Of a DNA stretch of 64,000 nucleotides, positions 1 through 9,582 are shown piece by piece. The position numbers were made by a program, and so were the translations under genes. This DNA comes from Eubacteriales bacterium (GTDB taxonomy: Bacteria; Bacillota; Clostridia; Lachnospirales; Lachnospiraceae). Every line of letters begins with the position of its first letter. Positions within the stretch are counted from its first letter, which is position 1. Where the stretch lies: contig JAUNDE010000008.1 in the NCBI GenBank assembly GCA_030526265.1, forward strand, positions 8,943-72,942. Direction: 5' to 3'. The notes beneath the pieces are model-generated. The model was not told the DNA's origin. It saw only the letters and a program-made list of their open reading frames with translations, and did no database searches.

Positions 1-584
1 ATCCGGATGAAGTGGGAGATCTAAGTGAAGAGAACTTCCGGAAGATGAAAGGACAGTTTCAGAATGAAAAGGTCGTCGCTGTCGGAGAGATCGGTCTCGA
101 CTATTACTGGGATAATGAGCCGCGGGATGTTCAGAAGAAGTGGTTTATCAGACAATTGGAGCTTGCGCGTGAGCTTGATCTTCCTGTTCTTATCCACAGC
201 AGAGAGGCGGCAGCCGATACGATGGAGATCATGAAGGAGCATGGACAGGGACTGAGGGGTGTGATCCACTGTTATTCCTACTCTGCTGAAATGGCTGTGG
301 AATATGTGAAGATGGGTTACTACATCGGAGTTGGCGGTGTGGTGACATTCAAGAATGGAAGGAAGCTAAAGGAAACTGTCTTGAAGATCCCGCTTGAGTC
401 CATTGTTCTGGAGACGGACTGCCCGTACATGGCGCCGGTTCCGTTTCGCGGGAAACGCAATCAGTCCTCTTATATTCAATATATGGCACAGGAAATTGCT
501 TCGCTCAAAGGGGTGTCAGTGGAGGAGGTCATTGCGGTGACAGAAGCCAATGCAAGGAATTTGTATCAGATAAAGGGAGAATAA
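1..584 (+). CDS. tatD: TatD family deoxyribonuclease, 5'-truncated by the window edge
   Basis: Frame is open to the left edge (..PDEVGDL). Motifs AVGEIGLDYYW, LPVLIHSRE, GVIHCYS and LETDCPYMAP are TatD hallmarks; upstream of rsmA as is usual in Bacillota. Confidence 0.92.
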   Translation, partial: PDEVGDLSEENFRKMKGQFQNEKVVAVGEIGLDYYWDNEPRDVQKKWFIRQLELARELDLPVLIHSREAAADTMEIMKEHGQGLRGVIHCYSYSAEMAVEYVKMGYYIGVGGVVTFKNGRKLKETVLKIPLESIVLETDCPYMAPVPFRGKRNQSSYIQYMAQEIASLKGVSVEEVIAVTEANARNLYQIKGE

Positions 585-587
585 TCT

Positions 588-1493
588 ATGAAAACACCGG
601 TACCTACACTGGGGAATCCACAGAATACGATAGAAGTTTTAAAGAAATATAATTTTACATTTCAGAAAAAATACGGGCAGAATTTTCTGATCGACACGCA
701 TGTTCTGGATAAGATCATTGCAGCGGCTGAGATCACGAAAGATGATTTCGTCCTTGAGATCGGTCCGGGAATCGGAACGATGACACAGTATCTTGCCCGG
801 GCGGCGGGTAAGGTTGCCGCGGTCGAGATCGACAAGGCGCTCATCCCGATCCTTCAGGATACGCTGTCCGGATATGATAATGTAACAGTGATCAATGAAG
901 ATGTTCTGAAGCTTGATATCGCAAAGCTTGTCAATGAGGAAAATGGCGGGAAGCCGGTGAAGGTCGTTGCAAATCTTCCTTACTATATCACGACTCCGAT
1001 CATTATGGGGCTTTTTGAGAAGCATGTTCCGATTGAGAGTATTACGGTTATGGTGCAGAAGGAAGTGGCTGACCGTATGCAGGTTGGCCCCGGAACGAAA
1101 GATTACGGCGCATTGTCACTTGCTGTACAGTTCTATGCAGATCCGTATATCGTTGCCAATGTTCCGCCGAACTGCTTTATGCCGAGACCGAAGGTAGGTT
1201 CTGCCGTGATCCGGCTGACGTGTCACGATGAACCGCCGGTTCAGGTGGATGATGAAAAACTGATGTTTAAAATAATCCGTGCATCGTTCAACCAGAGAAG
1301 AAAGACACTTGCCAACGGACTGAACAATTCACCGGAATTATCGATCCCGAAAGAGACGATCATTGCAAGTATCGAAGAGCTCGGAAAGGGCGCAAGTGTC
1401 AGAGGAGAAGCTCTTACGCTGGAAGAATTTGCAGCACTCAGCAATATCATTGGAAGAAAGCTGCAGGATTTGAGAGAGGAGAATCTGCGATGA
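588..1493 (+). CDS. rsmA: 16S rRNA (adenine-N6,N6)-dimethyltransferase RsmA/KsgA
   Basis: KKYGQNFL, VLEIGPGIG (SAM binding), VVANLPYYIT, FMPRPKVGS and FNQRRKTLAN motifs. Confidence 0.97.
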   Translation: MKTPVPTLGNPQNTIEVLKKYNFTFQKKYGQNFLIDTHVLDKIIAAAEITKDDFVLEIGPGIGTMTQYLARAAGKVAAVEIDKALIPILQDTLSGYDNVTVINEDVLKLDIAKLVNEENGGKPVKVVANLPYYITTPIIMGLFEKHVPIESITVMVQKEVADRMQVGPGTKDYGALSLAVQFYADPYIVANVPPNCFMPRPKVGSAVIRLTCHDEPPVQVDDEKLMFKIIRASFNQRRKTLANGLNNSPELSIPKETIIASIEELGKGASVRGEALTLEEFAALSNIIGRKLQDLREENLR

Positions 1494-2422
1494 TGAAACA
1501 GGAATTCTATTATGGATCAAAGGATGGGAAGACAAAGATCCATGCGATCACATGGATCCCGGAAGGGGAAGTAAAAGCGGTTCTGCAGATCTGTCATGGA
1601 ATGGTGGAGTATATTGACCGTTATGATGGGTTTGCATCCTATCTTGCGGATAGAGGCATCTGTGTTGTCGGACATGATCATCTGGGGCACGGGAAATCGG
1701 TCACAGATGAAGCGTGCCTGGGACATTTCGAGCCGAAGGATGGAAATAAATATGTGATTTCCGATATTTATAATCTTCGTGTCCAGACGGAGAAGAAATA
1801 TCCGGGTGTGCCGTATTTCATGCTCGGACACAGCATGGGTTCCTTTCTTCTCAGACAGTATCTTACGATGAGAAGCGAAGGACTTGCCGGTGCGATCATT
1901 ATGGGAACAGGCTATATGCCATATGCGATACTTGCAGCAGGACAGATCGTCTGCAGGGTGATCGGAACAGTGAAAGGATGGAATTACCGCAGTGAATTCG
2001 TAAACAGACTCGGAATGGGTGGATATAACAAACAGTTTGAGCCAAGCGAGAGCACGAAGGACTGGATCACGTCCGATGATGAAATGCGTGCGAAATATGA
2101 GGCGGATCCGCTGTGCAGCTTTACCTTTACGGTGAGTGGATATTATCAGATGTTTGAAGGCATGAAAGTCATTGCGAAGAAAGAGTCCGCTGCAAAAGTA
2201 TCAAAGGAGCTTCCGGTCTTCTTCGTGGCAGGTGCACAGGATCCGGTAGGAGATAACGGAGAGGGTGTCCGGAAAGTATTTGAGAAATACAGTTCTGCAG
2301 GCATTCGGGATGTGCAGATCAAACTGTATGAAAATGACCGCCATGAGATCCTGAATGAGAGAGACCGTGAAACAGTGTATGCGGATCTCCATCATTGGAT
2401 TCAGGAACATATGACTCGATAG
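1490..2422 (+). CDS. Alpha/beta hydrolase, lysophospholipase/monoacylglycerol lipase-like
   Basis: HGMVEY, DHLGHGKS, nucleophile elbow GHSMG, GAQDPV (Asp) and RHEILNE (His); ATGA overlap with the rsmA stop. Confidence 0.88.
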   Translation: MMKQEFYYGSKDGKTKIHAITWIPEGEVKAVLQICHGMVEYIDRYDGFASYLADRGICVVGHDHLGHGKSVTDEACLGHFEPKDGNKYVISDIYNLRVQTEKKYPGVPYFMLGHSMGSFLLRQYLTMRSEGLAGAIIMGTGYMPYAILAAGQIVCRVIGTVKGWNYRSEFVNRLGMGGYNKQFEPSESTKDWITSDDEMRAKYEADPLCSFTFTVSGYYQMFEGMKVIAKKESAAKVSKELPVFFVAGAQDPVGDNGEGVRKVFEKYSSAGIRDVQIKLYENDRHEILNERDRETVYADLHHWIQEHMTR

Positions 2423-2446
2423 AAGTGTTGAAAGAGGAGTTTTGAG

Positions 2447-3346
2447 ATGAGGATAAGGAAACTGGTTGCGATCGAACCTGTGAATTTTCACGCAGAGGGA
2501 AGAGAAGAAGTCAAAAACTATTGTGACGAAGTGATTTTCTACGATACAGAGCCAAAGGATGCAGCAGAGATCACAGAAAGAATCGGAGATGCAGATGCAA
2601 TCTTCGTGAGTTACGTGAACCCGATCGGAGAAGATATTTTAAGCAAATGTCCGAATCTGAAATATATAGGAATGTGCTGCAGCCTTTATTCAGAGGCGAG
2701 TTCGAATGTTGATATCAGATATGCGAGAGAGCATGGTATCGTCGTCAAAGGCGTGAAGGACTATGGTGATGATGGTGTGGGCGAATTCGTGCTCTCAAAC
2801 CTGATCCGGAGACTGCATGGTGTGGACGGATTTGCGCCATTTAAAGGAAATGAATACGAAGTGTCCGGTGTGAAAGTCGGAATACTTGGCATGGGTGCCA
2901 GCGCACAGATGGTTGCAAAAGGGCTCACGGCATTTGGCGGAAATGTATTCTATTACAGCAGAACAAGAAAATCGGAGATCGAAGAGGCGTGCGGCTATCA
3001 GTACCTCGAACTTCATGATCTGCTCCGTGAATGTGATGTGATCTGCAGCTGCCTGAGTAAGAATGTATCACTTCTTTACAAAAAAGAATTTGAGATACTC
3101 GGAGAAAATAAGATCCTGTTCAACAGTGCGCTCAGTCCGTTCTTTGACGTAGAAGAGATGGATCAGTGGCTTGAGAAAGAAAATACATGGTATATCTGCG
3201 ATAATCTTATGGGACTTGGCAAAGAGGAATATCTTGAAAGAGAGAATGTATTCTGCGAAGGCAAATGCTCCGGTATGACGTGGCAGGCGGAAGAACGCCT
3301 GAATAAGAAAGTGATCGAGAATATGAAGGATTACCTTGGGATTTAG
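2447..3346 (+). CDS. D-isomer-specific 2-hydroxyacid dehydrogenase family protein with a divergent active site
   Basis: IGDADAIFV, LKYIGMCCSLY...NVDI...GIVVKG, Rossmann GILGMGASA and YYSRTRK; RBS GAGGAG upstream. Confidence 0.75.
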   Translation: MRIRKLVAIEPVNFHAEGREEVKNYCDEVIFYDTEPKDAAEITERIGDADAIFVSYVNPIGEDILSKCPNLKYIGMCCSLYSEASSNVDIRYAREHGIVVKGVKDYGDDGVGEFVLSNLIRRLHGVDGFAPFKGNEYEVSGVKVGILGMGASAQMVAKGLTAFGGNVFYYSRTRKSEIEEACGYQYLELHDLLRECDVICSCLSKNVSLLYKKEFEILGENKILFNSALSPFFDVEEMDQWLEKENTWYICDNLMGLGKEEYLERENVFCEGKCSGMTWQAEERLNKKVIENMKDYLGI

Positions 3347-3355
3347 TGCATAAAA

Positions 3356-3379
3356 CAACCACCCCTTGTGGGGTGGTTG
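3356..3379. terminator. Bidirectional intrinsic terminator between convergent genes
   Basis: CAACCACCCC-TTGT-GGGGTGGTTG perfect 10-bp stem between two stop codons. Confidence 0.75.
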
Positions 3380-3387
3380 CCTTATTT

Positions 3388-5070
3388 CTATGAGAAGATC
3401 GGTTTTAATGCTTCTGCAAGTTCATCTTTCTGTGCCTGAGCTTCAGCGAGATCCTTTCCAAGAGTTGTGAAATAGGTCTTGATCTTAGGCTCTGTTCCGG
3501 AAGGACGCACGATTGCTGTAGCGCCGCCTTCTAATTCATAGATCAGAACATTTGCTGCAGGGAGACCAGTCTCCTCCGGTTTCATGTAGTCTGTTGCTTT
3601 GACTACTTTGTATTTACCAATCTCTGCCGGCGGATTGTTACGAAGATCCTGCATGATACCAGTCATCTTGTCCATACCTGTAAGTCCAGGGAACTCGAAG
3701 CTGTCGATCTTGTTGAGGTAACGTCCGTATTCTGCGTAGATTTCTTCCATTCTCTGCTTGAGCGAGCTTCCGATGCTTCTGTAGTAAGCAGCCATCTCGC
3801 AGATAAGCATTGATCCTATCACGGCATCTTTGTCTCTTACGTAAGGTCCTGCAAGGTATCCATAGCTTTCTTCAAATCCGAAGATGAAGCGGTCTACTTC
3901 ACCAGCTGCCTCAAGACGTGCGATCTGGTCGCCGATCCATTTGAATCCTGTCAGTGTATGTCTGAGTTCTACACCGTAGTGTTCAGCCACTGCATCTGCA
4001 AGTGGAGTAGATACGATGGATTTTACTGCAACCGGATTCTCTGGCATTGTGCCTTTTTCGATACGACCTGCACAGATGTAGTCAAGAAGGAGAACACCTA
4101 CTTCGTTACCGCTTACGAGTTCGTAAGATCCATCCGGGCACTTCATTGCGATACCGACACGGTCTGCATCCGGGTCAGTAGCGAGCATAAGGTCAGCGTC
4201 TGTCTCTTTGGCAAGTTCAAGTCCTTTTTCAAGAGCTTCGAAAATTTCCGGGTTTGGATAACTGCATGTTGTAAAGTATCCATTTGGATATTCCTGCTCA
4301 GGAACGATCGTGATATCTGTGATACCGATATCTTTGAGTACCTGTGTGACCGGAATCAGTCCGGAACCGTTCAGTGGGCTGTATACAAGCTTCAGGCCGG
4401 CTTCTTTGCAGAGACCCGGACGAACCTGACGTGATTCGATTGCTTCGTACAGTGCTTTCTTGCAGTCATCGCCTACGAAACGGATGAGTCCTTTTTCCAC
4501 ACCTTCTGCGAATGATATGTAATTTGCCCCGGTAAGGACATCTGTTTTCTGGATCTCTTCGTATACGATCGCTGCTGCATCATCAGTCATCTGACATCCG
4601 TCCGGACCGTATGCTTTGTATCCGTTATATTTCGCCGGATTGTGAGATGCAGTAACCATGATACCTGCATTACAGTTGTAATAGCGTGTCGCAAAGGAAA
4701 GTGCAGGTACCGGCATCAATGCGTCATAGATGCGGACATTGATTCCGTTAGCAGCCAGTACTCCGGCTGCTGTCTTTGCGAAAACATCACTTTTCAGACG
4801 GCTGTCATAGCTGATCGCTACTGTCTGGGTTCCGCCCTGTGTTTTCACCCAGTTTGCAAGTCCCTGTGTTGCCTGACGAACAACATAAATATTCATACGG
4901 TTTGTTCCGGCGCCAAGCACTCCGCGAAGACCTGCTGTTCCAAATTTAAGAGCTACGGCAAAGCGCTCTTTGATTTCGTTGTCATTGTCTTTGATGCCGG
5001 ACAGTTCAGGCAATAAATCCGGATCTTCCAGATCAGCTGCCATCCAGCGCATATACTCTTCCTGATACAT
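3388..5070 (-). CDS. pgm: Phosphoglucomutase/phosphomannomutase (alpha-D-phosphohexomutase)
   Basis: FGTAGLRG, TASHNP (phospho-Ser), ATDPDADR (metal loop), FEESYG and RPSGTEPKIK. Start moved to the ATG at 5070 (MYQEEY), which has a GGAGTGG RBS; the ORF track starts at 5088. Confidence 0.93.
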   Translation of the reverse strand: MYQEEYMRWMAADLEDPDLLPELSGIKDNDNEIKERFAVALKFGTAGLRGVLGAGTNRMNIYVVRQATQGLANWVKTQGGTQTVAISYDSRLKSDVFAKTAAGVLAANGINVRIYDALMPVPALSFATRYYNCNAGIMVTASHNPAKYNGYKAYGPDGCQMTDDAAAIVYEEIQKTDVLTGANYISFAEGVEKGLIRFVGDDCKKALYEAIESRQVRPGLCKEAGLKLVYSPLNGSGLIPVTQVLKDIGITDITIVPEQEYPNGYFTTCSYPNPEIFEALEKGLELAKETDADLMLATDPDADRVGIAMKCPDGSYELVSGNEVGVLLLDYICAGRIEKGTMPENPVAVKSIVSTPLADAVAEHYGVELRHTLTGFKWIGDQIARLEAAGEVDRFIFGFEESYGYLAGPYVRDKDAVIGSMLICEMAAYYRSIGSSLKQRMEEIYAEYGRYLNKIDSFEFPGLTGMDKMTGIMQDLRNNPPAEIGKYKVVKATDYMKPEETGLPAANVLIYELEGGATAIVRPSGTEPKIKTYFTTLGKDLAEAQAQKDELAEALKPIFS

Positions 5071-5355
5071 TTTGACCACTCCCAACATTATTTATTGATT
5101 ATTTTTGTACAAAATAACAAATTGTTGTTTACAATATACCATGTTTTTAGGTATATAGCAATGAATCTAATTTGAAAAGTTGCTTTACTTTTATTTGACT
5201 TTAATTTCACAATTGTATGTAGTATACTTTTTTAATAAATGTATTTTATGGACAGAAAACCGAAAAAATGCATCGGTTTTCAAAAAAGGCCGGCTTATCT
5301 GAAAAGAAATCTGGAGTCCGGAAAATGAATGAATATGAGAAAGGGCGGTATTTTT

Positions 5356-6069
5356 ATGAGTGAGAATAAAGTGACTTGTCTGATCGAGCATCATGCGATG
5401 ATGTTTGCATTCCTTTCGAAGAATGCAATTGAGATGTGTGGGGAGAAAGGAAAAGAAGCGATTCTGAAAGGTATGACGGCTTACGGAAATGAGCGCGGCA
5501 AAAGAATGGCATTGAATGCAAAAGCGCACGGAGATAAACTCACTACAATGACGAATCAGGCATATGGGGAGTGGAAGACGGATTATCCGGAGCAGATGGA
5601 CTTCGGGCAGATTCGCACAGAGCCGACGCTTCAGACATATATCGCAAAATGTGCGTGGTGTGATGCGTGGAAAAAACACGATGTGCTTGAGTATGGAAAA
5701 TATTACTGTGTAAATGTGGACAATGCGGTCTATCAGGGATTTCGACCGGATTTTGTCTGTACTCCGACGACAACTTCTCTCAGCTGGGGAGGAGAGAGAT
5801 GTGAGTTCGACTGGGGACATCCGATCTCGGCAGAGGAGAAGGAACGTTTGGCAGAGTTGAAGGGGGAACTCGGAACATCCTGTATGAAGGATTTCAATTT
5901 TCACACAGCTCATTTAAGAACAACACTTGGACGAGTGCTTGAAGAAGAGCTTGGTGAGGATGGAAATAAGATTTCTCAGGCAGCGGATATGGATTTCGTG
6001 AAGACATTCGGACAGGAATACCTTGATGCGGCATGTGCAGTCAGCGAGAAAGAATTATACCCATTTTAA
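5356..6069 (+). CDS. L-2-amino-thiazoline-4-carboxylic acid hydrolase (ATC_hydrolase)-like protein
   Basis: Pattern GKEAILKGMTAYGNERG...CAWCDAWKK...GKYYCVNVD..VYQGF...C..TLSWGGERCEF resembles this Cys-rich family. Start at ATG 5356 preferred over 5329. Confidence 0.6.
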   Translation: MSENKVTCLIEHHAMMFAFLSKNAIEMCGEKGKEAILKGMTAYGNERGKRMALNAKAHGDKLTTMTNQAYGEWKTDYPEQMDFGQIRTEPTLQTYIAKCAWCDAWKKHDVLEYGKYYCVNVDNAVYQGFRPDFVCTPTTTSLSWGGERCEFDWGHPISAEEKERLAELKGELGTSCMKDFNFHTAHLRTTLGRVLEEELGEDGNKISQAADMDFVKTFGQEYLDAACAVSEKELYPF

Positions 6070-6188
6070 AGGTATCATTATGATTAAGAAATGATTCTGA
6101 GATTATTCACTTAGATAGGAGCACATGGTGACAGAAAATGATGATCGAAGAGGATGGTCATACATAGAAAAGACAGAGGACTGAAAAT

Positions 6189-7439
6189 ATGAATTTGATA
6201 AAAGACTGGATCGACAATCATGAGCAGGAATTGATCGATCTTGCGGCAGATATTTTCGCACATCCGGAGACGGCTTACAACGAAGTATATTCTTCAGCTG
6301 TACTTGCAAAATATCTGGAAAAAGAAGGTTTCGAAGTGACATGGAACACAGCCGGAATCGAGACTGCGTTCACTGCGACATGGGGAAGCGGAAGGCCGAT
6401 GCTCGGCTTTCTGGCGGAATATGATGCACTTCCGGCTGTTGGGCATGCGTGCGGACACAACCTGCTCGGCACAGGTGTATGCGGTGCGGCATGTGCACTG
6501 AAAAAGGATATGGAGGCGAGCAATGCTTCAGGGACGATCATTGTCTACGGCTGTCCGGCAGAAGAGATCATGTCCGGAAAAATCGTGATGGATAAGGCGG
6601 GGGTGTTCGATGATCTGGATGTCGGCGTGATGTGGCATCCGTTTGACAGAAACCGTATCAGCAATGATATCTGGCAGGCACAGGATATCAAAAATTATAC
6701 ATTTCACGGTGTGAGCGCTCATGCGTCGAAGTCGCCGGAGGACGGACGAAGCGCACTCGATGCGGCAGAGCTCATGAATATCGGTGTCAATTATCTGCGA
6801 GAGCACGTACCGGGAGATGTGCGGATGCACTATGCGTATATTGACAACGGGATTCCGGCGAATGTTGTGCCGGATGTGGCGAAAACGAATTACTTTATCC
6901 GTTCTTCGAAACGTTCCAGAGCGGAAGATGCGAGCAGGAGAGTCGATGACTGCGCGAGAGGTGCTGCGCTGATGACCGGGACAACGGTGGATATAGAGCT
7001 TGTGAAGTGCTGCAAGGAAATGAAAGTGAACCGTGTTCTCGCGGAAATCTATTATGAAGCGATGCAAAAGATCCCGACGCCGGAATACACGGAAGAGGAG
7101 ATCACGTTTGCAAAGGACATCTGCGCTGAGGCAGGATTCCCGATTCCGGAGGAACCGTTTGGAGGACTGGAGCCGCTGGAGAGCGAGCCGGTGCCGATCT
7201 CGATCGGAACGGATGCATCGGAAGTGAGCCATACGATCCCGCTTATCACGCTGAGTGCGGCGGCGATGTGTAAGGGAACACCGCTCCATCACTGGGCAGC
7301 TGCAAAGCAGGCCGGCATGAGCATTGGATTCAAAGCGATGCTGTATGTGGCCAGATGTATGGCAGAGGGCACGAAGCTTCTGATGGAAACACCGGGAGCA
7401 TTTGAGCGGGTGTGGGAATTCCACAGAAATCATGAATAG
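6189..7439 (+). CDS. M20 family amidohydrolase, AbgB-like
   Basis: HPETAYNE, LAEYDALP, GHACGHNL, GCPAEE, WHP, SAHAS..PEDGRSALDA and GTDASEVS motifs. Confidence 0.88.
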   Translation: MNLIKDWIDNHEQELIDLAADIFAHPETAYNEVYSSAVLAKYLEKEGFEVTWNTAGIETAFTATWGSGRPMLGFLAEYDALPAVGHACGHNLLGTGVCGAACALKKDMEASNASGTIIVYGCPAEEIMSGKIVMDKAGVFDDLDVGVMWHPFDRNRISNDIWQAQDIKNYTFHGVSAHASKSPEDGRSALDAAELMNIGVNYLREHVPGDVRMHYAYIDNGIPANVVPDVAKTNYFIRSSKRSRAEDASRRVDDCARGAALMTGTTVDIELVKCCKEMKVNRVLAEIYYEAMQKIPTPEYTEEEITFAKDICAEAGFPIPEEPFGGLEPLESEPVPISIGTDASEVSHTIPLITLSAAAMCKGTPLHHWAAAKQAGMSIGFKAMLYVARCMAEGTKLLMETPGAFERVWEFHRNHE

Positions 7440-7536
7440 TATTTGACCGTGAAAGACTCTGCTTCTTCAAGAGGAGCGGGGGAATCAGCATTTACAGAAT
7501 CAATGAACAATAAGAGACAGAAAGGACTGAAATGAA

Positions 7537-8334
7537 ATGATGAACGAAAAAATTGGTGTAATCGGAGTCGGCAATATGGGTGGTGCAATTCTTTCCGGTG
7601 CATTGGAGAGCGGAACAGTCGCAAAAGAAAATGTGTATGTATATGACATTAACCCGGCAATGATGGAGAAGGCAGCAGACTGGGGTGTGAATCTTGCGGC
7701 GAATGATGAAGAAGTATGTGAAAAAGCAGATATCATTCTTCTTGCTGTAAAACCGCAGAATGCCGCAGAAGCACTCGGCATGTGTAAAAAGGCACTGGAC
7801 GGAAAGGCAATGATGTCAATCGTTGCAGGGGTGACAGTAGAACGTCTTCAGAATATGATTGACGGAACACCTCGAATCCTTCGTCTTCTTCCGAATACTC
7901 CGGCAATGGTGTATGAGGGTGCATTTGCGGTGTGCTCAGACAATGACTTCACAGAGCAGGAATTTGAGTGTGCGCTTTCCATATATAAGTCAATCGGTGT
8001 TGTAGAACTGATTCCGGAGCATCTGATCGATGCAGCATGTGCATTGAATGGAGGAGGCCCGGCATTTGTGGCAATGTTTATCGAGGCGATGGCAGACGGT
8101 GGTGTAAAACAGGGACTTCCAAGAGCAACCGCATACCGGCTCGCTGCACAGACGTGTCTCGGAACAGCGAAAATGATCCTCGACAAGAACCTTCATCCTG
8201 GACAGATCAAAGATATGGTAACATCTCCGGGCGGAACAACGATCGAAGGCTGTGAGAAGCTCGAGGTAGCGGGAATGCGTGGCGCAGTCATCGAGTGCAT
8301 CAATGCGGCTGCAGAGAAAAGCAGGAAGCTGTAG
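7537..8334 (+). CDS. proC: Pyrroline-5-carboxylate reductase
   Basis: IGVGNMGGAI, LAVKPQ, SIVAGV, RLLPNTP, GGPAFV and VTSPGGTTIEG motifs. Confidence 0.96.
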   Translation: MMNEKIGVIGVGNMGGAILSGALESGTVAKENVYVYDINPAMMEKAADWGVNLAANDEEVCEKADIILLAVKPQNAAEALGMCKKALDGKAMMSIVAGVTVERLQNMIDGTPRILRLLPNTPAMVYEGAFAVCSDNDFTEQEFECALSIYKSIGVVELIPEHLIDAACALNGGGPAFVAMFIEAMADGGVKQGLPRATAYRLAAQTCLGTAKMILDKNLHPGQIKDMVTSPGGTTIEGCEKLEVAGMRGAVIECINAAAEKSRKL

Positions 8335-8349
8335 AGCTGAGAAGAGCAG

Positions 8350-8553
8350 AAAAAAGTAGCACAATAAAACAGAAAAAGATGTATCGATCAAAACAATCGG
8401 AAGACGACCGAGCTTCACAAGTTTGGCAACCGTATGAGGAGCAAACGTATTTATCGCGACGATATACGGGTGCGATAAAACCGAAGTGAAGCGAGGGTAA
8501 GTCGACGGTTTTGATGATACATCTTTTTCTGTTTATATTTGGAGTACTTTTTT
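8350..8553. repeat. Long palindromic (rod-like) intergenic element
   Basis: AAACAGAAAAAGATGTATC (8367-8385) pairs perfectly with GATACATCTTTTTCTGTTT (8516-8534); nested stems ATCAAAAC/GTTTTGAT, GCTTCAC/GTGAAGC and GCAACCGTAT/ATACGGGTGC. Confidence 0.7.
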
Positions 8554-8562
8554 ATACTGACA

Positions 8563-9372
8563 CTACTTCGTCAGCACCTCAATTCCTGTCTCCGTGACAA
8601 GCACCATGTACTCTACCTGTGCAGACAGCCCATCGTCTATTGTATAGACCGTCCATCCGTTATCCTCATCTATAAAGAAATCAGGGCTTCCTTCATTGAT
8701 CATTGGCTCAATCGTAAACATCATGCCCGGAACAAGCACCATTTCCGTTCCTTTTGGAGCGACATAGCTCACAAACGGTTCCTCGTGGAATTCCAGGCCG
8801 ATGCCGTGTCCGCCGATCTCTTCCACAACGGTGTAACCATTCTTTCGTGCATGAGTATTGATTGCATGGGCGATATCACCGAGGTGACCCCATGGTTTCG
8901 CAGCGGCAAGACCGAGCTCTACACATTCTTTTGTGACACGAACAATCTTCTCTGCTTCCGGTGAGACTTTTCCGATGGTAAACATACGGGAAGCATCCGA
9001 AAAATATCCGTTCAGGATGGTAGAAACGTCAACATTTATGATGTCGCCCTCTTCCAGTATTTCATTTTCATCAGGGATGCCGTGGCAGATGACATTGTTG
9101 ATCGATGTGCAGACACTTTTTGGAAATCCCTCGTAATTCAGCGGGGCAGGGATGCCGCCGTGCGCTGTTGTGTAATCGAAGACGAGTTTATCAATCTCTG
9201 CGGTGCTCATGCCGGCCCTTAAGTGTGCCTCTACATGATCGAGAACAGCAGTGTTGAGTGCGGCACTTTTTCTGATCGCTTCGATCTGCTCCGGTGTTTT
9301 TAACAGGCTTTTGTCCGGAACAATATGCCCCTGTGCCTGAAGTTTCAGAAGTTTCAAATCTAATTTATCCAT
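8563..9372 (-). CDS. map: Methionine aminopeptidase type I
   Basis: YEGFPKSVCTSINNVICHGIP, INVDVS, DASRMF, GGHGIG..FHEEP, FTIEPMIN and SAQVEY. Start at ATG 9372 (MDKLDL) after a GAAAGAGAGG RBS. Confidence 0.95.
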   Translation of the reverse strand: MDKLDLKLLKLQAQGHIVPDKSLLKTPEQIEAIRKSAALNTAVLDHVEAHLRAGMSTAEIDKLVFDYTTAHGGIPAPLNYEGFPKSVCTSINNVICHGIPDENEILEEGDIINVDVSTILNGYFSDASRMFTIGKVSPEAEKIVRVTKECVELGLAAAKPWGHLGDIAHAINTHARKNGYTVVEEIGGHGIGLEFHEEPFVSYVAPKGTEMVLVPGMMFTIEPMINEGSPDFFIDEDNGWTVYTIDDGLSAQVEYMVLVTETGIEVLTK

Positions 9373-9582
9373 TGACAGACCTCTTTCTTTCATTACCATT
9401 ATAGATATTTTCTCTTACAGGTGATGATATTACTATAAATCTGTAAAAAATATTTGTAAAGACAGTATATGCCATGATTTGGGGAGAGAGACAGTATACG
9501 GTTTTATATGAAAACGTTTCTGTAGTATAATCGGAATTCATGTGCTATAATATAAAAATATTACGAAAGGAGTGTACTGGAA

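Noticed and set aside
3356-3379. IS200/IS605 end hairpin
   Set aside because: It superficially resembles AACCACCC-type hairpins, but no tnpA or tnpB is nearby and it sits where a bidirectional terminator is expected.
6126-6185. 19-aa leader ORF upstream of the amidohydrolase
   Set aside because: It has an AGGAG RBS but short spacing, no telling residue bias and no attenuator structure; unsupported.
9508-9521. CcpA cre site upstream of pfkA
   Set aside because: TGAAAACGTTTCTG matches only the left part of the consensus; the terminal CA is missing.
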